This document shows, in pieces, positions 37,896 through 48,800 of a stretch of DNA of 64,000 nucleotides (position 1 is its first letter; each line of letters opens with the position of its first letter). The notes under the pieces were generated by a model. It did not search any database. It was not told the DNA's origin and saw nothing but the letters and a program-made list of their open reading frames with translations. Made by a program: the position numbers and the translations under genes. The stretch covers positions 1 to 64,000 of the forward strand of contig CAWBVY010000008.1 of the NCBI GenBank assembly GCA_963792415.1, given 5' to 3'. The DNA is from Candidatus Deferrimicrobiaceae bacterium (lineage in GTDB: Bacteria; Desulfobacterota; Deferrimicrobia; Deferrimicrobiales; Deferrimicrobiaceae).

Positions 37896-38888
37896 ATGAA
37901 ATTCGCAAAACAGTTATTCCCTGTTGCCCTGTGCGTCGCCAGCCTGGCGCTGCCAGCGTTCGCCGCCGATCCCTTGCCGTCCTGGAACGACACCGCGCCG
38001 AAGAAGGCCATCGTCGCATTCGTCGAGCGCGTTACGAAATCAGGCTCGCCCGACTTCGTTCCGCCCGCCGAGCGGATCGCCACGTTCGACCAGGACGGCA
38101 CGCTTTGGGCCGAGCAGCCGATGTATGCCCAACTCGCCTTCGCGCTCAGCCGCGTGAAGGCGCTCGCGCCGCAGCACTCCGAATGGAAGGAAAAACAGCC
38201 GTTCAAGGCCGCCCTGGAGGGCAACCTGAAGACGGTCTTCGCCGGCGGCGAACATGCCTTGCTGGAACTTGTCATGGCCTCGCACGCCGGCAACACCACG
38301 GAGGAGTTCGCGCAAACCGTCAAGGAGTGGATCGCGACGGCACGGCATCCGAAGATCGGCCGGCTTTACACGGAGATGGTCTATCAGCCGATGCTCGAAC
38401 TGCTCGCCTACCTGCGTGCGAACGGGTTCAAGACCTACATCGTGTCCGGCGGCGGGATCGAGTTCATGCGCCCGTGGACGGAAAAGGTCTACGGGATCCC
38501 CCCCGAGCAGGTCATCGGCAGCAGCATCAGGACGAAGTTCGAGGTGCGCGACGGCAAACCCTTGCTCTTGCGCTTGCCGGAGATCGACTTCATTGACGAC
38601 AAAGAGGGCAAACCGGTCGGCATCAACCGGCACATCGGCCGCCGTCCCATCGCGGCCTTCGGCAACTCCGACGGCGATTTCGAAATGCTCGAGTGGACCA
38701 CCGCCGGGCCGGGCCCGCGACTGGGGGTCTACGTCCACCACGACGACGCCGGCCGCGAGTGGGCCTACGACCGCACGTCGCCCATCGGGAAACTCGACCG
38801 CGGGCTCGACGAAGCCCCCAAACGCGGATGGGTCGTCATCAGCATGAAGAACGACTGGAAGCGGGTGTTCCCGTTCGAGCGTCCTTGA
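37896..38888 (+). CDS. Exported HAD-family hydrolase (nonspecific acid phosphatase-like)
   Basis: FDQDGTLWAEQP, VSGGG, GKPVGI, FGNSDGD, signal peptide. Confidence 0.9.
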   Translation: MKFAKQLFPVALCVASLALPAFAADPLPSWNDTAPKKAIVAFVERVTKSGSPDFVPPAERIATFDQDGTLWAEQPMYAQLAFALSRVKALAPQHSEWKEKQPFKAALEGNLKTVFAGGEHALLELVMASHAGNTTEEFAQTVKEWIATARHPKIGRLYTEMVYQPMLELLAYLRANGFKTYIVSGGGIEFMRPWTEKVYGIPPEQVIGSSIRTKFEVRDGKPLLLRLPEIDFIDDKEGKPVGINRHIGRRPIAAFGNSDGDFEMLEWTTAGPGPRLGVYVHHDDAGREWAYDRTSPIGKLDRGLDEAPKRGWVVISMKNDWKRVFPFERP

Positions 38889-39002
38889 ACGGCTCGCGAA
38901 CAGCAGGCATTTGTTGATCGGCGCGCAAATAAATTACCTGCATCGGCCGCAATCCTTTCCCGAAAAGCGGCCGGGATGGGGAAAGGAACAGGACCCCGGG
39001 GT

Positions 39003-41402
39003 CTATTTCCCCATCGACTGGAGCTTGTTCCGGAATTGCGCCCGGTCGGGCTCCGGCAGCTCCGCGTTGTCCGCGGCCTTCCGGTAGACCTTCTTCGCCT
39101 CGCCGGCCTTCCCCTGTTTCTCGTAGATCGTGCCGAGCATCACGTATGCGGGCGAGTACGGCTGGTTCCGGTCCACGATCTTGCGTAACACCGGGATCGC
39201 CTTCGCCGTGTCCCCCTTCCGGTCCAGAAAGTACGCGTACGTGAATCCGTATTTCGGTTCTTCCGGGCGAAGGGCCGTCGCCTTCCTGCACCACGTGAGC
39301 GCCTCGTCCATCCGGTCCTTCGACGCGACCACGCACAGGTTGTAGGCCGCCTGTGCGGATTTCGGATCGGCCTTCGCCGCCGCACGGAACTCCTTTTCCG
39401 CCTCCTTCTCCTTCCCCATCTCCCCCAGCAGCATCCCGAGGTTCAGGCGCGCGGCCACGTTTTCCGGGGCGATCTTCACGGCCCGGCGCAGCGCCTTCTC
39501 GGCATTCTCCTTGTCGCCGAGGGCGTAGTAGGCCATCGACGCGTTGACCAGCGGCGGCACGCTGTCGGGGCGGAGCCTGGAGGAGATCCCGTATTCTTCG
39601 ATGGCTTTCTTCGGTTCGCCTTCGGCGAGGTAGAGGTTCCCGAGGTTGTAGTGGGAGGCGTGGTCGTCAGGCCGGGCCCGGAACGATGTAACCGCCTCCT
39701 CCCGCGCATTTTCCAGGGACCGCCGGTCCACTTCCCCGAGCCGGTCCGGCGGCATGCCGGCGAGCGCCTCGGCCGCGCGGACGCGAACCAGCCGGTAGTC
39801 GTCCCGGGTCGCCGCGAGGAGGGGTTGCAGGGATTGCGGAGTGACGTGCCCGGTCAGTGCAACCGCCGCTGCGCCGCGGACCAGGGGGGAGGGGTCCGAG
39901 AGGGCCTTGATGAACGCGGGCCATTTCTTCCCGTCCGGGCACGCCCGCAGGAGGCGGACGAGGGAGGTGGCGACGATCTCGTCCCGGTCCTTCTCCTCGA
40001 GATAGGCGAACATCTCCGGCAGATTTTTCCACTCCCGCTTCCGGGCGGCGGCCACGAGTCCGGCCTGCCGCAGCACCGGCGCCTGGTAATCCCGCGGACG
40101 CCACGCCCGGACGAGGTTGTCCGCCCACCCGGCGCCCTTGTCCGCGTGGCACAGGTTGCAGGCGTTGGGGGACTTGTAGGCGAGGGTCGCCGCCGGCGTC
40201 GGCGGCAGCATCGAGTGGTCGCTCCGGCGCATCCGGGCGAACTCCGTCATCGGCATGTGGCAGGAGATGCACCGGCTCGCCTCGCTCTCCGTCGGGTGGT
40301 GGCTGTGGGTGGAGGCGTTCGCCACCCGCTCCTCGTGGCAAGGGAGGCACGCCTTGTTCGCGTCCTCAGGCTTCTTGAAGCGATACCGTCCGCTCGAGGT
40401 GTGGCAGTGCATGCAGCTGAGTTTCCCGGACTTCACGCACGGGCTCATCCGCCAGCGCGTGTAGGTGTAGTTCTCCCCGAGGTCCCGGCCGTCCGGGGAG
40501 AAGTCCGTGTCCTCCAGGGTGGTGAGGTCGAAATGGTCGAAGAACCGCTCCCCGGGCGTGAAGGCCGGGGAGACGGGGGACATCTTCGCGTGGCACGGGC
40601 CGCAGTTGGAGTTGTGCTGCTCCACGGTGAACGTCTTGGTGACGATGATCTTCGGGTCCTTGAGCGGTTCCCCCTTCGGGGTCTCCCGGGCGACCCGCAC
40701 GTGCTCGGCCCCGGGATTGTGGCACGTCTCGCAGTTGATCCCCGGCTCCGTCCAGGTGGTGCGGTAAGTGTCCGTCGACAGGTCGTAGTTGATCGAGACC
40801 TGGCTCACGTGGCAGCCGTGGCACGCGGTGTTGAAGGTGTAGAGCGGATCGGTCCATGGGAGGGCCACAGCGTTGTCGGAAAAGGGACGGAGGTGGCTGT
40901 CGGTGGTCAGGAACCACTCCTGCTTCCGCACGTCGTAGGCGACGGGGAGGACCTGCAGGCGCCCTTTCTCGAGGGGCGTGAGGAAGTAAAAAACGTTTTT
41001 CCCGCCAACGGCGAAGTCGATCCGGTACTTCAGTTCCCCCTTCGGGCCACGCTCGACGACCCACGCGGTTTCCCCGTTGATGTCGGCACGGTAGCGCAGG
41101 TTTCCGGCCGCGAGATCCCCCGACGGCTCCGTAAGTTTCTCCTTCGCAAGCTTCGGGGTGAAGGATTGCATCGCGAGTCCGTGGAAGGAGGCGGACCAGA
41201 GCTGGTAGAACCGCTCGTGGCACTCCCTGCACCCCTTGGAGCCGGTCACGCCGGCCGTGGAGACCCCGGGGAGGGCGCCGTTGTCCCCGGCGGGGAGTCC
41301 CGGCGGGGATTGCGGGAACGCGATGCCGGCAGCGAGAAGCGTCGAAAGGAGGAGTGCGGCCAAAACGGCGGCTATCCGGTTCCGGGAAGGTTTCCTGTGC
41401 AA
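39003..41402 (-). CDS. Periplasmic octaheme cytochrome c with HEAT and TPR repeats
   Basis: Eight CxxCH motifs (CRECH, CHGCH, CETCH, CGPCH, CMHCH, CLPCH, CISCH, CNLCH), HEAT repeat DPSPLVRGAAA, TPR tail. Confidence 0.9.
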   Translation of the reverse strand: MHRKPSRNRIAAVLAALLLSTLLAAGIAFPQSPPGLPAGDNGALPGVSTAGVTGSKGCRECHERFYQLWSASFHGLAMQSFTPKLAKEKLTEPSGDLAAGNLRYRADINGETAWVVERGPKGELKYRIDFAVGGKNVFYFLTPLEKGRLQVLPVAYDVRKQEWFLTTDSHLRPFSDNAVALPWTDPLYTFNTACHGCHVSQVSINYDLSTDTYRTTWTEPGINCETCHNPGAEHVRVARETPKGEPLKDPKIIVTKTFTVEQHNSNCGPCHAKMSPVSPAFTPGERFFDHFDLTTLEDTDFSPDGRDLGENYTYTRWRMSPCVKSGKLSCMHCHTSSGRYRFKKPEDANKACLPCHEERVANASTHSHHPTESEASRCISCHMPMTEFARMRRSDHSMLPPTPAATLAYKSPNACNLCHADKGAGWADNLVRAWRPRDYQAPVLRQAGLVAAARKREWKNLPEMFAYLEEKDRDEIVATSLVRLLRACPDGKKWPAFIKALSDPSPLVRGAAAVALTGHVTPQSLQPLLAATRDDYRLVRVRAAEALAGMPPDRLGEVDRRSLENAREEAVTSFRARPDDHASHYNLGNLYLAEGEPKKAIEEYGISSRLRPDSVPPLVNASMAYYALGDKENAEKALRRAVKIAPENVAARLNLGMLLGEMGKEKEAEKEFRAAAKADPKSAQAAYNLCVVASKDRMDEALTWCRKATALRPEEPKYGFTYAYFLDRKGDTAKAIPVLRKIVDRNQPYSPAYVMLGTIYEKQGKAGEAKKVYRKAADNAELPEPDRAQFRNKLQSMGK

Positions 41403-41721
41403 TTCGGCACCTCGCGGGGAATCAGTGGAAGAGATCGGCCTACTCCGAATCTTAATGTAAGAACCTTGCCAAAGTCTCGGGGAAAGTTTTTGATGCGGAA
41501 AACCGCGCGGGAACCGGTGGTTTTCCGACCGGGAACGGGGGAAACCGGCCTTTTACAAATTCATTGCAATTATTCCTCCACCAAAATATGCTTCACGTAA
41601 ATCGGCACCAGGCTTTTCCTCCTGCTTCTCCGGCGGATCCGGCATGACGCCTTGCGGTGTTGCACGTGAAGTGGTTTCAAATGCCAGGGGATTCCATCTC
41701 AAGATTACCAGGAGGAAATGT

Positions 41722-42558
41722 ATGTTGAGAAAGGTCTCCGTCGGTCTGCTCCTTGCGCTCTCCTTCGCGATCCTTCCCCTGTCGGCCCACGCCGCGGACG
41801 ACACCGTTTACAAGCTTCCTTGGGAGAAGTTCAGCGTCGCGGGCGGCATCTTCTTTGCGGGGTTGAACAACAAGGTGACGGTCGGGACCGAGGGCACCGG
41901 GGTCGCCGTCGACGTGGAACAGGCCCTTGGGCTGGATACGCAGAACACCGTCTTCCGCCTGGGGACGCTGTATCGCATCGACCAGAAACGCCGGCACCGG
42001 GTGGACCTGGACTACCTGTACTTCAACCGGAGTGCCTCCACGACGATCGGGAAGGAAATCGAGGTGGACAACGTCGTCCTCGCCGTAGGCACGAAGGTGG
42101 AGACCACGTTCAACTACCAGATCATCCGGGCCGCGTACAGCTACTCGTTCTTCCAGGACGACCGGATGGACCTTGCGGCCTCCATCGGGCTCTTCGTGAT
42201 GCCCATCAAGTTCGAGATGAGCGCGTCCGGTCTCGGTTCCGGGAAGGGGGATTTCAATTTCACGGCCCCCCTTCCCGTGCTCGGGCTGCGCGGCGACTTC
42301 GCCATCACCCCCCGGTGGATGCTGCGGACCAACATCGATTTCTTCTACCTGGAGTACCAGACGTTCAAGGGGTCGCTCGTGGACTCGAGAATCGCCGTCG
42401 AATACAACCCCTGGGAGCATTTCGGCTTCGGCGTGGGATTGGACAACTTCCGGATGAAATTGGAGGCAAAGGATAAGGATTATCCGGCCATCGATTTCCA
42501 GGGGGACGTCAAGTCCGCGTTCATAGGCGTGCAACTGTACGCGAGGTACTTTTTCTAA
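41722..42558 (+). CDS. Outer-membrane beta-barrel protein
   Basis: SD AGGAGG, signal peptide, D.EQALGLD, APLPVLGLRG, C-terminal ARYFF. Confidence 0.85.
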   Translation: MLRKVSVGLLLALSFAILPLSAHAADDTVYKLPWEKFSVAGGIFFAGLNNKVTVGTEGTGVAVDVEQALGLDTQNTVFRLGTLYRIDQKRRHRVDLDYLYFNRSASTTIGKEIEVDNVVLAVGTKVETTFNYQIIRAAYSYSFFQDDRMDLAASIGLFVMPIKFEMSASGLGSGKGDFNFTAPLPVLGLRGDFAITPRWMLRTNIDFFYLEYQTFKGSLVDSRIAVEYNPWEHFGFGVGLDNFRMKLEAKDKDYPAIDFQGDVKSAFIGVQLYARYFF

Positions 42559-42593
42559 AAGGGGATTCCCGGATTCCCCGCACCCCTTATCGG

Positions 42594-42626
42594 AACCCCC
42601 TCGAGGCGGTACGCCTCGAGGGGGTT
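42594..42626 (+). terminator. Intrinsic terminator-like hairpin
   Basis: AACCCCCTCGAGGCG-gta-CGCCTCGAGGGGGTT. Confidence 0.7.
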
Positions 42627-42713
42627 ATTCTTGCCACCCTGACGAGGTACTATTAGGCAACGGTCCGATTCCGATAGGGAAAGACCCCGTCGGGGGGGCA
42701 TGGAGGTGACACG

Positions 42714-44519
42714 GTGACCTGGCGCAGGACCTTCATCATCGCGTTGCTGCTCGGGCTGGTTTCCGCCGCCTCGACCGCGGCCCCGCCGAAGGAAACTCCC
42801 GCGATTTCCACCCCCGCCGCCCCCGCAGCTTCGAAGCCGGCACCCGCCCCCGCTGCCCCCGCACCCACGAAGCCGGCGCCCACCCCAGCGGCTCCCGCGC
42901 CGTCGAAACCGACGCCCGCCCCCGTCGTCCTGAAAGGGAAAACCCTCTTCGACATCCGGGCGGCGGTTTTCTCCGCCACGCCGGAGGAGCGTGCGAGGGG
43001 GATCAACGAACGCCTGGCGAAATTGGTGAAGAACCGGCCGTTTCGCACGGACTTGCTCCGGGTGATCGACGACCAGGGGGTCTCCCTGATCGTTGCGGAG
43101 GGGACGACACTGCTCGGCGTGTTCGACGTGGACGCCGCCGCGGAAGGGATGAACCGCAAGGACCTTGCGGAACAGCGTGTCGAAGCGATCCGCGCGGCGA
43201 TCGAGGCGCACAACGAGGCGTTCAGCTTCCGGAGCCTCCTGATCGGCGCGCTCTACGCGGTCCTGGCGACCGCGGTCCTCCTCGGGATCCTGTTCCTCTA
43301 CCGGTACCTGTTCCCACGGATCTATGCGAAGATCCGGGCCTGGAGCGGGACGCGGATCCGCTCCATCCAGTTCCAGTCCCTGGAGCTCCTGAACGCCGAA
43401 CGGATCGTGGCGCTTTTCATCGGCCTGGTGCGCTGGTTCCGGATTATCACGACAGCTCTCTTCGTCTACTCCTACCTCCTCTTCGTGCTGAGTCTCTTCC
43501 CCTGGACGCACGGGATCGCCGCGGCGATCATCGGGTACATCCTCGACCCGCTCCGGCGCTTCGCGGCGGCCGTCGTGGACTTCCTGCCGGACCTCTTCTT
43601 CCTGATCGTCATCGCTTTCATCACGCGGTACGTCAACAAGCTCGCGCGGTTCTTTTTCAGCGAGGTGGAGAAAGGGAAGATCGTCCTCCCCGGCTTCTAC
43701 GCCGACTGGGCGACGCCCACCTTCAAGATCGTCCGCTTCTTCATCATCGCCTTCGCGGTGACCGTCGCCTTCCCGTTCATCCCGGGCTCCAAGTCGGAAG
43801 CGTTCAAGGGCGTCTCCATCTTCCTCGGGGTCCTCTTCTCCCTCGGCTCCACCTCGACGATCTCGAACGTGATGGCGGGCCTGAGCATCACCTACATGCG
43901 CGCCTTCAAGATCGGCGACCGGGTCCGGATCGGAGACACCGTCGGGGACGTGATCGACCAGTCGCTCCTGGTGACCCACGTCCGGACCATCAAGAACGAG
44001 GACGTCACCGTCCCCAACTCGATGGTGCTGAACACCCACATCGTGAACTACAGCGCCCGGGCGAGGGAGGGGGGGCTCATCCTCCACACCTCGGTCACCA
44101 TCGGGTACGACGCACCCTGGCGGACGGTCCACGAGCTCCTGATCGAGGCGGCGCGGAAGACCCCGTGCATCCTCGTGGAGCCTGCGCCTTTCGTGCTGCA
44201 GACCGCCCTCAACGACTTCTACGTGACGTACGAGCTGAACGCCTACACCGACGAGCCCCGGCAGATGGCGATCACCTACTCGTCGCTCCACCGCTACATC
44301 CAGGACACCTTCAACGAGGCGGGGGTGGAGATCATGTCGCCCCACTACGCGCAGCTCCGGGACGGGAACAGGACCGCGATCCCCGACGCCTACCTCCCGA
44401 AGGAGTACGTGCCGCGGTCCCTTCGGGTGGAGATCGTGCCGGGGGATCGGGGAACGCCGGGAGAGGCGGACGGAGAGCCGGCGGGGAAAGGACCCGAGGG
44501 AGCGGGTCCGTCGAAGTGA
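42714..44519 (+). CDS. Mechanosensitive channel MscS family with Pro/Ala-rich periplasmic N-terminus
   Basis: RAFKIGDRVRIG, VTVPNS, VTIGYDAPW, FNEAGVEIMSPHY, PAAPAPxKP repeats. Confidence 0.92.
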   Translation: MTWRRTFIIALLLGLVSAASTAAPPKETPAISTPAAPAASKPAPAPAAPAPTKPAPTPAAPAPSKPTPAPVVLKGKTLFDIRAAVFSATPEERARGINERLAKLVKNRPFRTDLLRVIDDQGVSLIVAEGTTLLGVFDVDAAAEGMNRKDLAEQRVEAIRAAIEAHNEAFSFRSLLIGALYAVLATAVLLGILFLYRYLFPRIYAKIRAWSGTRIRSIQFQSLELLNAERIVALFIGLVRWFRIITTALFVYSYLLFVLSLFPWTHGIAAAIIGYILDPLRRFAAAVVDFLPDLFFLIVIAFITRYVNKLARFFFSEVEKGKIVLPGFYADWATPTFKIVRFFIIAFAVTVAFPFIPGSKSEAFKGVSIFLGVLFSLGSTSTISNVMAGLSITYMRAFKIGDRVRIGDTVGDVIDQSLLVTHVRTIKNEDVTVPNSMVLNTHIVNYSARAREGGLILHTSVTIGYDAPWRTVHELLIEAARKTPCILVEPAPFVLQTALNDFYVTYELNAYTDEPRQMAITYSSLHRYIQDTFNEAGVEIMSPHYAQLRDGNRTAIPDAYLPKEYVPRSLRVEIVPGDRGTPGEADGEPAGKGPEGAGPSK

Positions 44520-44529
44520 CCCGCGGGAG

Positions 44530-45858
44530 ATGGGAGCGGAGTTGATGGACATCCGGGAGCGTATCCGGGCGCGCAGTCGAGCCGTGAGGTTGGCCCTTAT
44601 CGCCGCGGGTGCGGTCGCCCTCGCCGCCCTCATCTGGGCGATTTTGCTCCTGAACCCGGTGCCGCCGCGCACGGTGACGATGACCACGGGGGGGGAGGGC
44701 GGCGCCTATCACGAGCTCGGGAAGCGGTATCGGGAGATCCTTGCGCGCTCCGGCGTGGAGGTGCGGCTTCTTGTATCGGAGGGGGGAATCGAGAACCTCC
44801 GGCGGCTCTCCGACCCCCGATCGGGCGTCAGCGCGGGGTTCGTGCAGGGGGGCGCCACCGGGGATGCCGACCGGACGGACCTCGTTTCGCTGGGAACCGT
44901 CGCGTACGAGCCGCTCTGGTTCTTCTACCGCGGCCGGAACCCCGGAAGGAAGCTGGAGGGATTGCGCGGCAGGCGCCTCTCGATCGGCCCGGAGGGGAGC
45001 GGCACGAGGGACCTGGCGGTTACGCTGCTCGCGGCAAACGGGATCGACCGGGGCGTGGTGCAGCTTCTCCCCCTGAGCGCGTTCGACGCCGGGGAGCAGC
45101 TCCTGAGCGGACGGATCGACGCCGCCCTGATGGTCGCAGGGTGGGAATCCCCCGTCGTGCGGCGGCTGCTCGCCTCGAAAGACGTCGACCTCGTGAGTTT
45201 CCCCCGCGCCGACGCCTATACGGCGCTGTACCCGTTCCTCAACAAGGTGACGGTTCCCGCCGGTGTCGGGGACCTGGCAAGCAACCGGCCGCCCGCGGAC
45301 GCGGTCCTCCTCGCCCCCAAGACCAGCCTGGTGGTGCGGAAGGATCTGCACCACGCGATCCAGTACCTCCTGCTCGACGCGGCGGTGCAGATCCATTCCG
45401 GGGCGGGGATCTTCCGGAAGGCGGGGCAGTTCCCGGCCGCCGAGCCGGGCGATCTTCCGTTGAGCGATACGGCGCAGCAGTTCCACAAGACCGGGAGGCC
45501 CTTCCTCCAGCGCTATCTCCCCTTCTGGGCCGCCATGTTCCTGTGGGGGCTGATCCTCCTGCTGATCCCCGTGGTCGGGGCGTTCTACCCGATCTTCCGG
45601 ATCGCCCCGGCCTTGTACGGCTGGGGGATGCGGCGGCGCATTTTCCGGCTGTACGGGGAGCTGAAGTTCCTCGAAGGGGATCTGGAACGGCGCGATTCCG
45701 GGGAAGAGGCGGGTGACCTCATGGAGCAGCTGGAACGGCTGGACGTCCGTGCGAACCAGCTCCAGGTCCCGTTGGCCTACGAGAACCTGCTGTACAACCT
45801 GCGGCGCGACATCCAGCTGGTGCGGGAACGGCTTGCGGTGCGGCGGGCGGGTCCCTAG
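44530..45858 (+). CDS. TAXI-family TRAP substrate-binding protein, membrane anchored
   Basis: TGGEGGAY, GGIENL, YEPLWFFYR, SIGPEGSGT, FLQRYLPFWAA plus a C-terminal TM helix. Confidence 0.88.
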   Translation: MGAELMDIRERIRARSRAVRLALIAAGAVALAALIWAILLLNPVPPRTVTMTTGGEGGAYHELGKRYREILARSGVEVRLLVSEGGIENLRRLSDPRSGVSAGFVQGGATGDADRTDLVSLGTVAYEPLWFFYRGRNPGRKLEGLRGRRLSIGPEGSGTRDLAVTLLAANGIDRGVVQLLPLSAFDAGEQLLSGRIDAALMVAGWESPVVRRLLASKDVDLVSFPRADAYTALYPFLNKVTVPAGVGDLASNRPPADAVLLAPKTSLVVRKDLHHAIQYLLLDAAVQIHSGAGIFRKAGQFPAAEPGDLPLSDTAQQFHKTGRPFLQRYLPFWAAMFLWGLILLLIPVVGAFYPIFRIAPALYGWGMRRRIFRLYGELKFLEGDLERRDSGEEAGDLMEQLERLDVRANQLQVPLAYENLLYNLRRDIQLVRERLAVRRAGP

Positions 45859-48800
45859 GGCGAGAGGATGTGGACCGGAGCCTTCAACGTCCTTTCGACG
45901 ATCCCCAGGAGTCCCTCCCCCACGGCGGCCGGATCCAGCGGCGTCACCTTCGGGTCGTTGATATCCCCCCGGACGGCGACCGGGATCGTCACCAGCGTCC
46001 CGCCGAGGATGTAGCCGAGGACCGGGATCTTCCGGACGACGGCGTCCACCGTCCCGAACGGCGAAACCAGCACCTTCAGGTCCTCTTCCCGACGGAGGAA
46101 GTCCACCTCGCCGGTTGCCGCGATCCCCATCGACGGCGCGTCCATCGTCAATTCCCCCAGGAGGAACTTCCCGTCTTTCGCCTCCCCCCGGACGACGAGG
46201 GTCCTGTAAGGGAATCCCTCCTTCCCGAGGTCGGGGAGCTTTCCCCGGAGGAGTTCGGTGACGTTCAGGTAGGAGAAGACCCTCGAGAGGAAGGTCATCT
46301 TGTTGATCCGGCCGTCCTTCAACGTCAGTTCCCCCGGACCCCGGAGGGATCGCAGCAGCGCCTCGCCCGTCCCTTTCCCTGCGAGCCGGACCGACGCGCC
46401 GTACGTCCCGGTCAAGGAAACCTTCTTTCCGGACAGGCACATCATCGTCGCCTCGACGTCTTCGCCGGCGGCCGAAACGGCCAGTTCGATCGCCGGGCCG
46501 GTGGCATCCAGCGTCAGGGTGCCCAGCGTGGAGACCCCGCAAAGGTTCGCCTCGGAGAGGGCGAAGCGGAGCCGGTCTTCCCCGATCTCCGCCTCCGCCC
46601 GGACCGGCCGCCACGTGAGGCTGCCGTGCGACAAGGAGGCCGCGCGGAACCGGAGGACGCCCTGGACCGGGAGGCGTGGCGATCCGGGGGGTTTCGCCGT
46701 TCCTTCCTGCAGCGACTCCGCCACCCCGGGTGCGCCGGCTTCCGGTTTCCCGGAGCCTTCCGGCCGGATGCTGCGCGCCAGTTTGTCGACGTCGATGTCC
46801 CCCGCGGAGAGGTCGAGGTCCGCGACGACCTTCTCGCCACCGAATTCCGCCGTCCCGATCAACGAGAACGGGACGTTGTCCCACGCAAGATCGGACGATG
46901 CCACGCGGACTTTTCTTCCTTCCGCGGAAAATGAAACGTGCCGGATCGCGAGGGGGGCCAGCGGCTTCCACGGGATGGCGAGATCATCCACCTCGAGCGT
47001 CCCAAGGGCCGAGGACCGCTCGGGATTTCCGCGGTCAAGGACCGCTTCCATCTCTCCCTGGATCCGTTGGCCGGACCGCACTTGGACCGGCACGACCTTC
47101 CCGACCGTCGAACTCGAGAGCGTGCCGGTGAACTTCACTTTCGCCGTTCCCGGTTCGAGGTGGAAGGCTACTTTCGCGTCCGACGCCTCGTCCCGAATCA
47201 CGAGCGGGTCGACCGACAGCGTCTCCGGGGTCTTCCGGAGGGAGAGCGAGATGTCCGGTCCCTCTGGCCACGCGAGCGTCGCATCCACGACGACGGCGCC
47301 GCCCTTTTCCCAGGAGAACGTTGACCCGGTCACGGTGAAGGGCGCCTTGGGAGCGTACGGATGCGGGACCTCGATGCTTGCGAATGCCCACTTCGCCGCC
47401 TCCGCTTCGACGCGCCCGTGGAGAGACGCGGCGACCTGGTCGACCCCCTTCCTGTGCCCGCGCACCTGCACCCCTCCCCGGAATGTCGTGTCCAGGAGGG
47501 ACGCCTCGACGTCCGTGAAGGAGAGCTCTTCCGGGAGGATGCGGAATCGACCGCGCGGGATCGTGACGGGGCCGGGCAGCAGGCTGGTATCCACTTCCAG
47601 GTTCTCGACGCTCCCCCCGGCCTCGAACCTCCACGCCCCGGGTTCGCGCAATGGCCCGTCGCAGGACAGCGTCGCGATTTCCGCCACCCCCTGAACCGAT
47701 CGAACCGGCTTCACCGCATTCCGGATCCCGTCGAGCGATGCGATCCAGGGGTATACCTCCTCCAGCGCGATGCGCGCCGTGCCGCCGCGGATGGAGATCG
47801 CCGGGGGGTTCCCGAGGTCCAGCCGGCCGGTCAGCCCGGAGAACGTGGACCCGCCCAGGTTTCCCCGGAGATCCGTCACCGCGAAGGAAACGCCGTCGTA
47901 GGAGGCTTTTCCCCCGCGGATCGCGATGGGGAAGGGGATCGGGTCGTACTTCCCGGCGAGGTCCACGCTCGCGAGGGCCACCGTGGGTCGGATCGAAGAG
48001 AGGCGCTCCCCGAGGGTCAGGCGTCCGGATGCGGTGCCGCGCACTCCGTGGACCCGGTCGATCTCCTCGCGGAACCGCTCGTTCCGGACCAGCCGGCGGA
48101 GAAGCGGCTGCAATTCCGCGAGGTCGGCGTCCGCCGGGAGATCCGCGTGGAACGGCGCGTCGCGCCCCGTGATCCCCATCCGGAGCGTCCCCTCGCGAAC
48201 GCGGGAGTTCCCGAGGCGGGCCGACAGCCCCTGGCCGGTGAGGATCCCGCCGGAGAGGGACACCTCCCCGCCGACGTCGACCAGCGTCAAGTCGATCTTC
48301 GGCACCGTGAACGTGCTGCCGGCCACGGTCGCCCGGGCCTCAAGCTTCCGGAGCCCTTCCGTTTCGATTCTTCCGCGGAGGGAAACGACCGTTTCGCGGA
48401 GCCAGGGGACGGCTCCCGGTGCGATCCGGGAGACGAAATCGCGGACGCGGAACCTCGCCGTCTCCACATGGGTGTCCCCGCGAAGACCCTCCGGGTGCAG
48501 GCTCGACTCGATCGAAAGGTCCTCCCAAAACCCGGACGTGCAGCGGAGCTGAAGCGTCATCCGTTCCGGCGGGAAGCCGACCCGGGCATTCAGCTCGCGC
48601 AGGGACACGATCGGCCCGTCCCCGTCCGAGATTTCGAGGCGCCCGTTCCGCACCGTTACGACCATTGCGGGCGCGCTCCTTCGCAGGGTGTCGAGGAGGG
48701 AAGAGAGGTTCCCCTCGAACTCCTCCAGGGAGAACGCTTTTTCGGGCTTCGCCCTCGGGGGGATGCGCACCCGGAAGTCCGGGGCTTCCAGCAGGATGGC

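Noticed and set aside
39003-41402. Calling the multiheme protein NrfA or HAO
   Set aside because: It has no CxxCK active-site motif, and its HEAT/TPR architecture does not match those enzymes.
42780-42925. PAAPAPxKP repeats in the MscS N-terminus
   Set aside because: An ordinary low-complexity periplasmic linker.
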